A stretch of 34,980 nt of DNA from a virus (IMGVR_UViG_3300021124_000017:1-34980), one strand, 5' to 3'. Positions 1-8,117 are shown, counted from the first letter of the stretch. Translations and numbers: made by a program. Notes: generated by a model from the sequence alone, not told the origin.

Positions 1-99
1 AAGACAATTGCCATCTTATTTCACTGCCAAGTCAATCTCGTAAAAAAGCCTGTTCACTTCTGCAACAGCCTCCTCATACGACTTTAGTTTACCATGCTG
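1..99. repeat. Terminal direct repeat, copy 1 (99 bp; circular assembly overlap)
   Basis: Bases 1-99 are identical to 34882-34980 and overlap the 3' end of a CDS, so this is more likely a k-mer overlap than a physical terminal repeat. Confidence 0.95.
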
Positions 100-552
100 C
101 TGGTGCAACTTTGATAGAACTCCCCGAATCTTATGAGACATGGCGTCTAAGGCTACAAGATTTTTTTGATCAACACTTGAATTAGTTTGTAGCATTTTAG
201 TTAATACAGCCATATTTTCGGCTAATGTTTTATTAGCAGAAGCGTAATCAATATTGGCTTGTGCTAACATTTTATTGCTTTCTACTAAAGAAGATAAGAT
301 TGACGATGTAGTAGAATCTACTACATTATTTTCATGCTTTATACTACTAATAACCGAAACGGTTTTATTGGATTTTTCCAACATTTCCGCAAAATCTTTT
401 AGTTTTAAGTATATTGTTTTATTACCACCTTTTGCAATAATCTGATCCAAATATTTTTCAGATAACCCTATTTCTTGCTCAATAAGCCTCCTGCTAAAAC
501 CTTTATTTTTTAGAAATTTTAATAGTGATTGTATATCTTCTTTATGATTCAT
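16..552 (-). CDS. Putative immunity repressor (N-terminal XRE-like HTH, C-terminal coiled coil)
   Basis: N-terminal SRRLIEQEIGLSEKYLDQII is HTH-like; divergent from a small HTH gene, giving a cI/cro-type switch layout; no S24 peptidase domain visible. Confidence 0.6.
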   Translation of the reverse strand: MNHKEDIQSLLKFLKNKGFSRRLIEQEIGLSEKYLDQIIAKGGNKTIYLKLKDFAEMLEKSNKTVSVISSIKHENNVVDSTTSSILSSLVESNKMLAQANIDYASANKTLAENMAVLTKMLQTNSSVDQKNLVALDAMSHKIRGVLSKLHQQHGKLKSYEEAVAEVNRLFYEIDLAVK

Positions 553-611
553 CTAACAAATTATCATATTCTTTAAATATTTTCGAAATGTTGCAAAATT
601 GAAATATTTTA

Positions 612-643
612 TTTGTTAGTTGCAAAAAAGCAATATATCTTTG
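612..643 (+). promoter_or_regulatory. Early rightward Bacteroidota sigma-type promoter
   Basis: TTTG at 612-615 (-33) and TATCTTTG at 636-643 (-7, TAnnTTTG) with a 20-nt spacer, upstream of ORF 714. GTTGCAAAA repeats at 590-598 and 619-627 are candidate operators. Confidence 0.7.
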
Positions 644-713
644 ACTTGTCAATACAAAATAAATACAAATCGGATAACAAATATACAAAAAAACAACACA
701 AACCAAATTAAAT

Positions 714-911
714 ATGAACGCAGCAAAAACAATCAATAAAGCAGAGTGGGCAACGAGACAAGAGGTTTGTGAACTGTTAGAGATTAAGGATAATACTTTA
801 TCTCAATATATCTCCAAAGGTAAAATACCACCTAAAGCGATTGCAAAGGGTATTGCAAAAAACAAATTATTCCACTTGCCTACTTTATTTCAAACACCAA
901 TAAACAATTAA
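714..911 (+). CDS. Cro/excisionase-like HTH protein
   Basis: 65 aa; WATRQEVCELLEIKDNTLSQYISKGKIP resembles a MerR/AlpA/Xis-type winged HTH; first gene of the early operon. Confidence 0.75.
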   Translation: MNAAKTINKAEWATRQEVCELLEIKDNTLSQYISKGKIPPKAIAKGIAKNKLFHLPTLFQTPINN

Positions 912-913
912 CC

Positions 914-1069
914 ATGTCATACACTCACTGGCTACAACAAAAAGGTTACGAGCCTTTAACTACCACAGAAGAAGATAATGAAATAGAGAATGGATTTATT
1001 GACAGAGAGGACAGCGAAAGATGGATGGATGAACAAGCGGAATTATCATTATTGGAATTAGAAAATTAA
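914..1069 (+). CDS. Small acidic hypothetical protein (51 aa, not in ORF track)
   Basis: MSYTHWLQQKGYEPLTTTEEDNEIENGFIDREDSERWMDEQAELSLLELEN; fills the gap between 911 and 1081. Confidence 0.7.
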   Translation: MSYTHWLQQKGYEPLTTTEEDNEIENGFIDREDSERWMDEQAELSLLELEN

Positions 1070-1080
1070 AAAACCACAAT

Positions 1081-1416
1081 ATGCGACAAGAAATTATCAA
1101 CTACCACAACCGATTAGAAACCATGATGATACTGATTAAAAAGTGTGATTGGTTTATGAACTACTCAAAAGAACACTTCCACGCATTTAAAGAACAGGCT
1201 ATCGGTGATAATTACAGAGCCTATACCATCATGGCGAATGATGAAGTGATCAGATTTAACAAGTTTAAAGCCATCAGAACAAGATTAGAAAGATGGTATG
1301 CTGATGTGTTTACCCGAATGGCAAAGTTCATCGAAAGCAGAAACAATGCAAAGCCTATCACTCCTTTGATGAGTGCGGATATGGTAAATCAAATATTGGC
1401 AAATTATAAATACTAA
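1081..1416 (+). CDS. Hypothetical protein
   Basis: 111-aa ORF in the early operon with an A-rich leader. Confidence 0.75.
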   Translation: MRQEIINYHNRLETMMILIKKCDWFMNYSKEHFHAFKEQAIGDNYRAYTIMANDEVIRFNKFKAIRTRLERWYADVFTRMAKFIESRNNAKPITPLMSADMVNQILANYKY

Positions 1417-1419
1417 TCT

Positions 1420-1593
1420 ATGCTGTACTTATTTGTTTTCGCATTCGGTTTTTGGCTTCGATCAATCGTCAAGTTATTAAACAAAAAAGAGTTCATTGAT
1501 TATAGTGAAACACATTATGTCAATAATAATGGTGAGTTAGTTAATAATGAAGTTGTGGATTCTCAGTGGGTGAGGTGGGGTGAATCGAAGTAG
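1420..1593 (+). CDS. Small protein with hydrophobic N-terminus (57 aa, not in ORF track)
   Basis: MLYLFVFAFGFWLRSIVKLLNKKEF...WVRWGESK; starts 3 nt after the previous stop. Confidence 0.55.
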   Translation: MLYLFVFAFGFWLRSIVKLLNKKEFIDYSETHYVNNNGELVNNEVVDSQWVRWGESK

Positions 1594-1604
1594 CCCCACT
1601 TTTT
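1575..1604 (+). terminator. Intrinsic terminator
   Basis: GTGGGG...CCCCAC stem followed by a T5 run. Confidence 0.6.
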
Positions 1605-1656
1605 AAAAAAGTTCTTTAAAAAATGTTCTCATAGCAAGGTTTAGTTTGGATAATCC

Positions 1657-1684
1657 GGCACTTGTTTCTACTCGTGCCTTTTTT
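1657..1684 (+). terminator. Second intrinsic terminator-like hairpin
   Basis: GGCAC...GTGCC stem followed by a T6 run. Confidence 0.5.
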
Positions 1685-1697
1685 AAAAAAACGATTT

Positions 1698-1802
1698 ATG
1701 AAATTAATTATCAAAATAATATTCTTTATCGCAATTAGTATTCCACTTGCTATTTGTGTGTATGCAACAGTAAGTATTATATCATCAATTAAAAAACTAT
1801 GA
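1698..1802 (+). CDS. Single-TM peptide (34 aa, not in ORF track)
   Basis: MKLIIKIIFFIAISIPLAICVYATVSIISSIKKL; its stop overlaps the next ATG (ATGA). Confidence 0.55.
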   Translation: MKLIIKIIFFIAISIPLAICVYATVSIISSIKKL

Positions 1803-1918
1803 CTGCATTAAACGGTTTATTACTAACTCGATTTGTTCAGGCGAACATATCCATTCCTAAAAAGGAACGTGAGAAAAAATTGAAATGGTTATTCAAGAAA
1901 CATAAAAAACAAAATTAA
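1799..1918 (+). CDS. Small basic protein (39 aa, not in ORF track)
   Basis: MTALNGLLLTRFVQANISIPKKEREKKLKWLFKKHKKQN; translationally coupled by ATGA overlap. Confidence 0.5.
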   Translation: MTALNGLLLTRFVQANISIPKKEREKKLKWLFKKHKKQN

Positions 1919-1941
1919 ATCACAACAAAAATTAAATCACT

Positions 1942-2493
1942 ATGAAGCTATCAGAAATTCAATCAGCTATCAAAGCACCGAAAGGACAATTTAATTCTTT
2001 TGGTAAATATAAATACAGATCATGCGAAGATATTGTTGAAGCTGTAAAACCGGTTATTAATTCGCATGGTTTCTATCTTACCCTTTCTGATGATATAATA
2101 GAAGTGTCCGGTAGAATATACGTTAAAGCAACAGCCACTATTACCGATGGCAAAGAAACATATTCTACAACTGCTTTTGCAAGAGAAGAAGATCAGAAGA
2201 AAGGAATGGATGCCGCACAGGTAACAGGCGCAGCTTCAAGTTATGCCCGAAAATATGCACTCAATGGATTATTTGCCATTGATGATACACAAGATGCAGA
2301 TGCTACCAATAATCATAAAGAAGAACCCAAAGCAAATGAAACTAAAAAAAGTTTGCCTTTAATAAGTGAGGAAAGTTTTAAAAAGGCAACAGAATTAGCT
2401 GCTAAGGATAAAACCATCTACACAAAAACATTACAAAAATATTCTTTAACCGCACGTCAAGACGAATTATTGTTTGATGCGTGTAAAAATTAA
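1942..2493 (+). CDS. erf: ERF-family single-strand annealing recombinase
   Basis: Motifs APKGQFNSFGKYKYRSCEDI and AQVTGAASSYARKYALNGLFAI are typical of the ERF superfamily. Confidence 0.9.
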   Translation: MKLSEIQSAIKAPKGQFNSFGKYKYRSCEDIVEAVKPVINSHGFYLTLSDDIIEVSGRIYVKATATITDGKETYSTTAFAREEDQKKGMDAAQVTGAASSYARKYALNGLFAIDDTQDADATNNHKEEPKANETKKSLPLISEESFKKATELAAKDKTIYTKTLQKYSLTARQDELLFDACKN

Positions 2494-2498
2494 ACACT

Positions 2499-2981
2499 AT
2501 GCAACAAGAATTATCAACTACAAGTATTCTCTCTTTATTTGAAACAACTAAAGAAGAAAGAAAATCATTTGTCAATGATTTAATCGAAAGATTGAAAGAA
2601 GGAAATACCAATCCATTAACCGTTCATCTTCAGCTTAAATGTGCTGAGGATATTATTAAACAAGTAACCGGGAACGATGAATACAAAAGTATTCTATTAG
2701 ATGAATCGGAAAAGAACGGCAAGAGTTTTGAATTTCACAATGCCAAGTTTGAACGCAAAGAAGTGGGAGTTAAGTATGATTACTCACAAACTAATGATCC
2801 GGTAATCACCGACCTTTTAAAACAACAAAATGAATTAGATGCTAAAGTGAAAGAGCGGCAAAAATTCTTGCAAACAGTTTCTTTAAGCGGGTTGAATATT
2901 ATTACCGAAGATGGTGAAGCTGTAACCGTTTATCCGCCAAGTAAACAATCAACCACCTCAATCGCAGTAACGCTTAAATAA
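2499..2981 (+). CDS. Phage hypothetical protein (recombination module)
   Basis: 160-aa ORF tightly packed after erf. Confidence 0.8.
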   Translation: MQQELSTTSILSLFETTKEERKSFVNDLIERLKEGNTNPLTVHLQLKCAEDIIKQVTGNDEYKSILLDESEKNGKSFEFHNAKFERKEVGVKYDYSQTNDPVITDLLKQQNELDAKVKERQKFLQTVSLSGLNIITEDGEAVTVYPPSKQSTTSIAVTLK

Positions 2982-2982
2982 T

Positions 2983-3336
2983 ATGATAATCATTCCTGCA
3001 ATATTAGATGGCTATCGTTCAATGAAAGATAAGACACTGAAATTAACTTTTGATACAAATGAATTAAACCCGCAAGAGTTATTAGGTATTGTTGAAAATC
3101 TATCATCATTCGGTTATCTCGCTTTTAAAAAAGAACCCTTTAGTGAAAATGAAAGAAAAGAGATTGAATCACTGGAAACAAATTTTAATGATAACCAAAA
3201 ATCAGCAAGTCAAAGATTAAGAGCAGTGTTTTATCGCAATTACGAAAAAGATAGTCAAGGTTTTAAATCATTTACTACTTACTACGAGCATAATATGGAA
3301 TTATTAATTAATCATTTTAAATCAAAACTACAATGA
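2983..3336 (+). CDS. Hypothetical protein
   Basis: 117-aa ORF with operon packing. Confidence 0.8.
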   Translation: MIIIPAILDGYRSMKDKTLKLTFDTNELNPQELLGIVENLSSFGYLAFKKEPFSENERKEIESLETNFNDNQKSASQRLRAVFYRNYEKDSQGFKSFTTYYEHNMELLINHFKSKLQ

Positions 3337-3545
3337 CAGATTTTAAAAAAACAATTGGTGCATGGAAAAAGCAAACAAGTAAAGGCGAAGTAATCAGTTT
3401 TTCCATTGATGGTAAAAAATATTCTATGTGGGTAAATACCCATAAAAAAGAAGCAAAGCACCCGGACTACAATATTATCGAAGATAATTACACTCCTAAG
3501 ACACCACAAAATATTACAGAACCTATTAATGATCTTCCCTTTTAA
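3333..3545 (+). CDS. Small SSB-like protein (DUF736-like)
   Basis: IGAWKKQTSKG...HPDYNI core and a C-terminal ...NDLPF tail resembling the SSB C-terminal motif. Confidence 0.6.
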   Translation: MTDFKKTIGAWKKQTSKGEVISFSIDGKKYSMWVNTHKKEAKHPDYNIIEDNYTPKTPQNITEPINDLPF

Positions 3546-3548
3546 CCT

Positions 3549-3929
3549 ATGGCAAAAAAACTAATTCCGATTCCTGTTTTAAAAAAGAAAGCCGAAAAAG
3601 TATTTAATGCTTTTATCCGGCAGAGAGATTCTTCAGATGGTTATTTCAATTGTATTTCTTGCGGCAAAACTAAATATATCAAACAATGCAATGCAGGGCA
3701 TTATGTACCGGTATCTAAAAGCCAATTATTAAGATACCACGAATTAAACGTACACGCAGAATGCGTGTCCTGCAATGGTTTTGATGAATTTCATCTTATA
3801 GGGTATCGAAAAAATCTCATTAATAAAATAGGACAAGATGCTGTTGAATGGCTTGAAAGTAAAGCCTACGAAACACACAAACACACAAGAGAAGAATTAG
3901 AATTTATCATAAAAAATTACTCATTATGA
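3549..3929 (+). CDS. ninG: NinG/Rap-family endonuclease
   Basis: FNAFIRQRD, CISCG, AGHY, RYHELNVHAECVSCN and YRKNLINKIG match the NinG pattern. Confidence 0.88.
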   Translation: MAKKLIPIPVLKKKAEKVFNAFIRQRDSSDGYFNCISCGKTKYIKQCNAGHYVPVSKSQLLRYHELNVHAECVSCNGFDEFHLIGYRKNLINKIGQDAVEWLESKAYETHKHTREELEFIIKNYSL

Positions 3930-4498
3930 CAATACAATCCGCACTATTAGAATTACAATCTATTCAAATATCTCACAGAAAACATGAGAAATCAACGCAT
4001 TTATTATTTAATGATGTGGTTGAAAAAGTATGTGATTTTTTCGGGATGAGAAAAGATGAAGCATTGAGGAAAAACAGAAAAAAAGAATTTGTATGTGTAC
4101 GACAATTCATCTGCTTCTTTGGGTATTTGTACACTGGCAAAACCTTGACTTACATTGCCGAACAATTAGATAAAGACCATACAACCATTATACATTCGAG
4201 AGATACGGTTTTTGAAAAGATTACATCTGTTTTTGATGATGAGTACAAAGACTATCATAAAGAGTTGTGCAACCTATTAGATATTTCATCTTCCATAGAA
4301 GATGTAAGAATTGCGATTGATAAGGTTACTTTAAGAGGTGGGCATATCGGGAAGAATACGAAGCCTAAAAAGTATGTGCCTATCAACAAGCATATCGTTA
4401 CCATTCAATCAAAAGTTGAACCGCAACCTTTAAAGATTGATAGAAAATCTTTTACCACCTATTCTAACAAAAAATCTCTTTACCCTCAATTAAATTAG
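3926..4498 (+). CDS. DnaA C-terminal (domain IV)-like DNA-binding protein
   Basis: RKKEFVCVRQ...TLTYIAEQLDKDHTTIIHS resembles the DnaA signature (R.R.....RQ...SL..IG..F.RDHTTV.H); no AAA+ domain. Confidence 0.8.
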   Translation: MTIQSALLELQSIQISHRKHEKSTHLLFNDVVEKVCDFFGMRKDEALRKNRKKEFVCVRQFICFFGYLYTGKTLTYIAEQLDKDHTTIIHSRDTVFEKITSVFDDEYKDYHKELCNLLDISSSIEDVRIAIDKVTLRGGHIGKNTKPKKYVPINKHIVTIQSKVEPQPLKIDRKSFTTYSNKKSLYPQLN

Positions 4499-4499
4499 T

Positions 4500-4793
4500 A
4501 TGCAAACAAATTACTCATTTGCTACATCACTACCGGCTTATCACGATAGACCAAGTGAAAAGCAGATACAAACAGAAAAGACTTTTATCCTCATTAAAAA
4601 AGGAGTGAATAATCTTTTGCAGTTATCCGAGATATTGCAATTACCGCAATCCACTATTGCAGGGAGAGTAAATGATTTAATCGCAGAAAACAAAGTACAG
4701 TACAAAGGAGAAGTGATTTACGCTAATCGTAAGCGAAAAAAGATAGTACCTACACAAGTACAACCTATTTTATCACAACCAACGATGTTTTAA
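4500..4793 (+). CDS. Winged-HTH protein
   Basis: LLQLSEILQLPQSTIAGRVNDLIAENKV is a typical phage wHTH. Confidence 0.7.
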   Translation: MQTNYSFATSLPAYHDRPSEKQIQTEKTFILIKKGVNNLLQLSEILQLPQSTIAGRVNDLIAENKVQYKGEVIYANRKRKKIVPTQVQPILSQPTMF

Positions 4794-4795
4794 GA

Positions 4796-5425
4796 ATGGC
4801 TAAAGATCCGGCAACGCTTTGGTATTGGAACGATTGGAATGGTGGAACAATAATATTTTCGAGGCATTTAAAAGGATGCTACATGGATATTTTGTCGGCA
4901 CAATTTAATTCCGGTCCGCTTTCATTAGAAGAAATAAAAACTGTTCTTGGTAGTGATTTTGGCTCATCATGGCCTGCACTCCAAAAAAAGTTTAGTCAAA
5001 CAAATGGTAAATTTTTTAATGAAAGAATGGAAGCCGAAAAAGAAAAACGCAAAAAACATTCAGAAAAGCAATCAGAAAATGTAAAAAAGAGGTGGAATAA
5101 ATACGATGGTAATACCACCGTATATACCAAACCTATTCCTTTAGAAAATGAAAATGAAAATAGAAATGAAAATGAATTAAATGAATTAGAAATTGAAGAC
5201 ACAAAAGAATTTTTTGAAAGATTAGGATTAGGAAGATTAAAAGACGAAAGAATTAAAAATCTTTTCCAAGCATTTTTAAAAGTTCAGGATGAATATTATC
5301 CATCCCGGACCAAAAAAATTCATCATTTCATGCACTTAACAAAAAAAGAATTACAGAATGAATCAAGAAGTTTTAGTAAAGGCAGTTCAACCATTACAAG
5401 AGCAGAAGCCCTTAAAGATTTCTGA
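4796..5425 (+). CDS. Putative replication initiator (YdaU/DUF1376-like N-terminus)
   Basis: MAKDPATLWYWNDW...KGCYMDIL...FFNERME...KKRW followed by an ENENENRNENE linker, typical of phage initiators. Confidence 0.7.
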   Translation: MAKDPATLWYWNDWNGGTIIFSRHLKGCYMDILSAQFNSGPLSLEEIKTVLGSDFGSSWPALQKKFSQTNGKFFNERMEAEKEKRKKHSEKQSENVKKRWNKYDGNTTVYTKPIPLENENENRNENELNELEIEDTKEFFERLGLGRLKDERIKNLFQAFLKVQDEYYPSRTKKIHHFMHLTKKELQNESRSFSKGSSTITRAEALKDF

Positions 5426-6128
5426 TGATGCCTTGATATTAAAAGAATTGATTAGAAGCCCAAAATTAGCCTCTATTTCTTTTGATGATACAAAGGTACT
5501 ATTAAAGCGAATTATGGCAATGGTGGGGCTTAAACCAAGCGAAATAGCGAATACAAGTGAAGTAGAGAAGCAGTTGTTAGTCAATTTTATTCAAAAGTCG
5601 TTTGGCGGAAATACAACTGATGAATTTATTACCGCTTTTGAAATGGCTTTTTCGGGTAAATTAAATGTTGATCCTGAATGTTATCAAAATTTTTCAGTTG
5701 CTTATGTTTCTCGGATTATGGTGGCTTATCGAAAGTGGGCAAGTAATGTGTACCAAGATAATATTTCACTTATTGAAAAACCTAAAGAAGAACTCAAGAT
5801 GTTAGAATATTCACCTACTAACGAAAGTGTTATTGAATTTTGGAAAAACGAATGGAAGGAAAGCAAAAATAAAGACTGGCGATTATTCGGTGGTTTTATC
5901 TCTTGCTATAACATTTTAGTAAAAAAAGGCGAATTGGTTTTAAGTGAGGATGAAAGAGCCAATATTAAAGTGATGGTAGTAAATTCTTTAATCAACTCAG
6001 CTAATGGGTTGAGAGATCAGATAGACATTAAACGTAAATGTGAGGATAAGGCATTTATTCAGCCCTATTGTAAAAAAATAGCCGTTGCCCGGTATTTCAC
6101 GAAGCAGATCGAAATGGAAAACTTTTAA
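5358..6128 (+). CDS. Hypothetical protein, possibly a helicase loader or initiator partner
   Basis: 256 aa, directly after and overlapping the initiator; function inferred from position only. Confidence 0.55.
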   Translation: MNQEVLVKAVQPLQEQKPLKISDDALILKELIRSPKLASISFDDTKVLLKRIMAMVGLKPSEIANTSEVEKQLLVNFIQKSFGGNTTDEFITAFEMAFSGKLNVDPECYQNFSVAYVSRIMVAYRKWASNVYQDNISLIEKPKEELKMLEYSPTNESVIEFWKNEWKESKNKDWRLFGGFISCYNILVKKGELVLSEDERANIKVMVVNSLINSANGLRDQIDIKRKCEDKAFIQPYCKKIAVARYFTKQIEMENF

Positions 6129-6254
6129 TTCACTCACCCTAAACAATAAAGTATGGAAAAAGATGAAATTAAGAACGTCAAGCCACTATTGCAGCAAACC
6201 GTTTGTTAGTGGCTGTGCGGGTGATTAATTAGTAACTTTAAAATTAAAAATATT

Positions 6255-6566
6255 ATGAATCAAGCAATGAAAGATTATGCAAATAGCGTAATGAACAGTC
6301 CCGACAAATACGAATGTATTACAGATATAGAAAAGAAACTATTGATATTTAAAAATATTAACCCTAAATACCCGTCTTTACACGATATGTACACTTTTCT
6401 AATATGGGATGAAAAAGAGGAAGGATATGTTAATTGTATGATGAAAATTGAATCGTTCTGTGATAACTATTTAAGGGGAATTGATTTAATGAGAAAATTT
6501 GCAACAAAAAGTATAAAAATGGATTCGTCAGGCGTAAAAGAAATCAATTACACCACCGAAAATTAA
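6255..6566 (+). CDS. Cassette-borne hypothetical protein
   Basis: 103-aa ORF between a GTT core site and its complementary AAC site. Confidence 0.75.
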   Translation: MNQAMKDYANSVMNSPDKYECITDIEKKLLIFKNINPKYPSLHDMYTFLIWDEKEEGYVNCMMKIESFCDNYLRGIDLMRKFATKSIKMDSSGVKEINYTTEN

Positions 6567-6581
6567 GTCTGGTAGTATAGC

Positions 6582-6675
6582 CACTAACGTTAAAGCATTT
6601 GTGTCAGGCGGGCATAGATACAACTTATTATTAACCGCAAGCTGTCCGCCCGCTTGCACAAATGCAGTGTTAGCT
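6582..6675 (+). other. attC-like recombination site (94 bp)
   Basis: CACTAAC ... GCATTTGTG-T-CAGGCGGGC ... GCCCGCTTG-CACAAATGC ... GTTAGCT: imperfect palindrome with one unpaired base and AAC/GTT ends. Confidence 0.75.
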
Positions 6676-6686
6676 GCCGTTTTATT

Positions 6687-6887
6687 ATGACTGAACGCAA
6701 ACAACTAAAAAAGAAACTTGCTAAACTGAAACACTATAAAACGAATTTGCCAAGACTTATTGATTGCAGTAGTGTTTATGGCGATGACTATTATTCAAAA
6801 GATGATTTGTCAGACGTAGATAAACAGATTGAAGAGGTCGAAAAGCAAATTGCCGAAATTGATAGTCTGTCCAAAAATGGCAGCTAA
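6687..6887 (+). CDS. Cassette-borne coiled-coil hypothetical protein (66 aa from ATG 6687)
   Basis: ATG lies just after the GTTAGC core; the TAA stop lies inside GCTAAC, as is common for cassette ORFs. Confidence 0.7.
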   Translation: MTERKQLKKKLAKLKHYKTNLPRLIDCSSVYGDDYYSKDDLSDVDKQIEEVEKQIAEIDSLSKNGS

Positions 6888-7006
6888 CACAACGATTGAT
6901 GTAATAAAATGATACAAATTATTGAAAAACATAAAGGTAAATTCTGCATGATAATAAATAGCAAAAAAACATTCCTCATCTTTAAACAATTAAATATAGT
7001 ATAGTT

Positions 7007-7228
7007 ATGAAAAACGCAAATGATTTTGCTTATCCGATGATTGATATAACAAGTTGTGCAACTGCAAAAGGCTTAACCAAACGTGAATATATTGCAACTT
7101 CTATATTATCATCTTTAGCAGCTTTACCATCTAATACCCCCAGCATAGAGCGTACTATAAAAGCAGATGTGGAATTAGCACTTAAATATACTGATACATT
7201 AATCAACTCTTTAAACAATCAACCATGA
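7007..7228 (+). CDS. Small phage hypothetical protein
   Basis: FAYP...GLTKREYIA...ALKYTDTLI pattern, which I recall from small phage proteins; last gene on the + strand. Confidence 0.75.
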   Translation: MKNANDFAYPMIDITSCATAKGLTKREYIATSILSSLAALPSNTPSIERTIKADVELALKYTDTLINSLNNQP

Positions 7229-7289
7229 GTAAAAGTGAGGGTAAAATTTTAAAATAATTGTAACAAAAACAACTATTTGCTGACGATAA

Positions 7290-7715
7290 TTAGAATGTCT
7301 TTTTAAAATAGATCACATCATCACCGGCATATTTATAAGAGGGTTGGTAAATCAAAAAACCATGTTTGATTAAATTATTCGCACTCTTAAAATTATTTAC
7401 CGTTGTATAAGTGATAGGAGTATGGTTTATTTTTTTGGCAGCGTTTATTCTTATATTTATCATTCGGTGATGCAATCCTCTACCTCGATAATCTTGCTGC
7501 ACCCATGCCCTGCAAAACATACAAACGCCATCCCGATACCAACAACCACAATAAGCAATGATTTTATTTGCGTGTTCGATTACCCACCAATCACGATTAT
7601 TTTTAAACTCATCGCCACATCCAAAAAATACTTTTGCATCAAGAACTTTTAACTGCTCGTAAAGTCTTGCATTGTTTACCTTGCCATTGCTGAATATCTT
7701 TTGGAATCGCATCAC
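7290..7715 (-). CDS. GNAT-family acetyltransferase
   Basis: RAWVQQDYRGRGLH acetyl-CoA-binding motif and N..SANNLIKHGF motif. Confidence 0.88.
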   Translation of the reverse strand: MMRFQKIFSNGKVNNARLYEQLKVLDAKVFFGCGDEFKNNRDWWVIEHANKIIAYCGCWYRDGVCMFCRAWVQQDYRGRGLHHRMINIRINAAKKINHTPITYTTVNNFKSANNLIKHGFLIYQPSYKYAGDDVIYFKKTF

Positions 7716-7915
7716 TAACTTTTTAAAGTTGCTTCATCCGGTCTTTCAATTTCTTTTTGTACTATAACTGATTTATTACACTGAATACTAATTTTTCTCC
7801 ATTTCTCGGAGATTTCATAATGCTCACGCATTTTACCTACCGCATAACTCCATTGCTCGGACTGCGATAGCTTATAAAAAAGTTTCGGTGGTATCTTGTC
7901 AATTTTCTCTGCCAT
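7715..7915 (-). CDS. Hypothetical protein
   Basis: 66-aa ORF coupled to both neighbours. Confidence 0.65.
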   Translation of the reverse strand: MAEKIDKIPPKLFYKLSQSEQWSYAVGKMREHYEISEKWRKISIQCNKSVIVQKEIERPDEATLKS

Positions 7916-8117
7916 ATTCTAAATCTATTAAAAGTTGTAAACAATGAATTGCTTTTTGTAAGTCTTGCTTTCCGTTTTTGTTTTTATAACGAGAAACATA
8001 TTTTACTACTGCGCCTTGTAAATAATTCATATCGTTATGATGGATATATTCAACAGGCTGTATTTTCATGTCGCTATAATGGTTTCCACCAATTTGATTT
8101 TTTAATGCTTCAATCAT
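7899..8117 (-). CDS. DUF3310 protein (T7 gp1.7 nucleotide kinase/SaV-like)
   Basis: QIGGNHY...IQPVEYI...GAVVKYVSRYKNKNGKQDLQKAIH signature. Confidence 0.88.
   Translation of the reverse strand: MIEALKNQIGGNHYSDMKIQPVEYIHHNDMNYLQGAVVKYVSRYKNKNGKQDLQKAIHCLQLLIDLEYGREN

Larger units (their letters stand above)
6205..6888 (+). mobile_element. Array of two integron-like gene cassettes
   Basis: Cassette 1: GTTAGTGGCT (6205-6214) ... AGCCACTAAC (6579-6588). Cassette 2: GTTAGCTGCC (6669-6678) ... GGCAGCTAAC (6879-6888). Each brackets one ORF. Confidence 0.75.

Noticed and set aside
1-99. Physical terminal repeat of the virion DNA
   Set aside because: Exactly 99 bp, a common assembler k-mer length, and it cuts through a CDS far from the terminase region; treated as a circular overlap.
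1911-1939. Tandem AAAATTAAATCAC duplication upstream of erf
   Set aside because: Short AT-rich leader duplication with no evident function.
3926-4498. Bona fide dnaA or host chromosomal contamination
   Set aside because: Only domain IV is present, there are no Walker motifs, and it is embedded in a coupled phage operon.
6582-6675. Simple rho-independent terminator or CRISPR repeat
   Set aside because: No U-tract directly after the stem, a long loop and AAC/GTT ends; no regularly spaced direct repeats were seen anywhere in the window.
6654-6686. TTG start for the 77-aa ORF
   Set aside because: It lies inside the attC-like arm; ATG 6687 just after the GTT core is more plausible.
6909-7004. 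31-aa ORF MIQIIEKHKGKF...
   Set aside because: Fits the gap but is too short and featureless to support as a gene.
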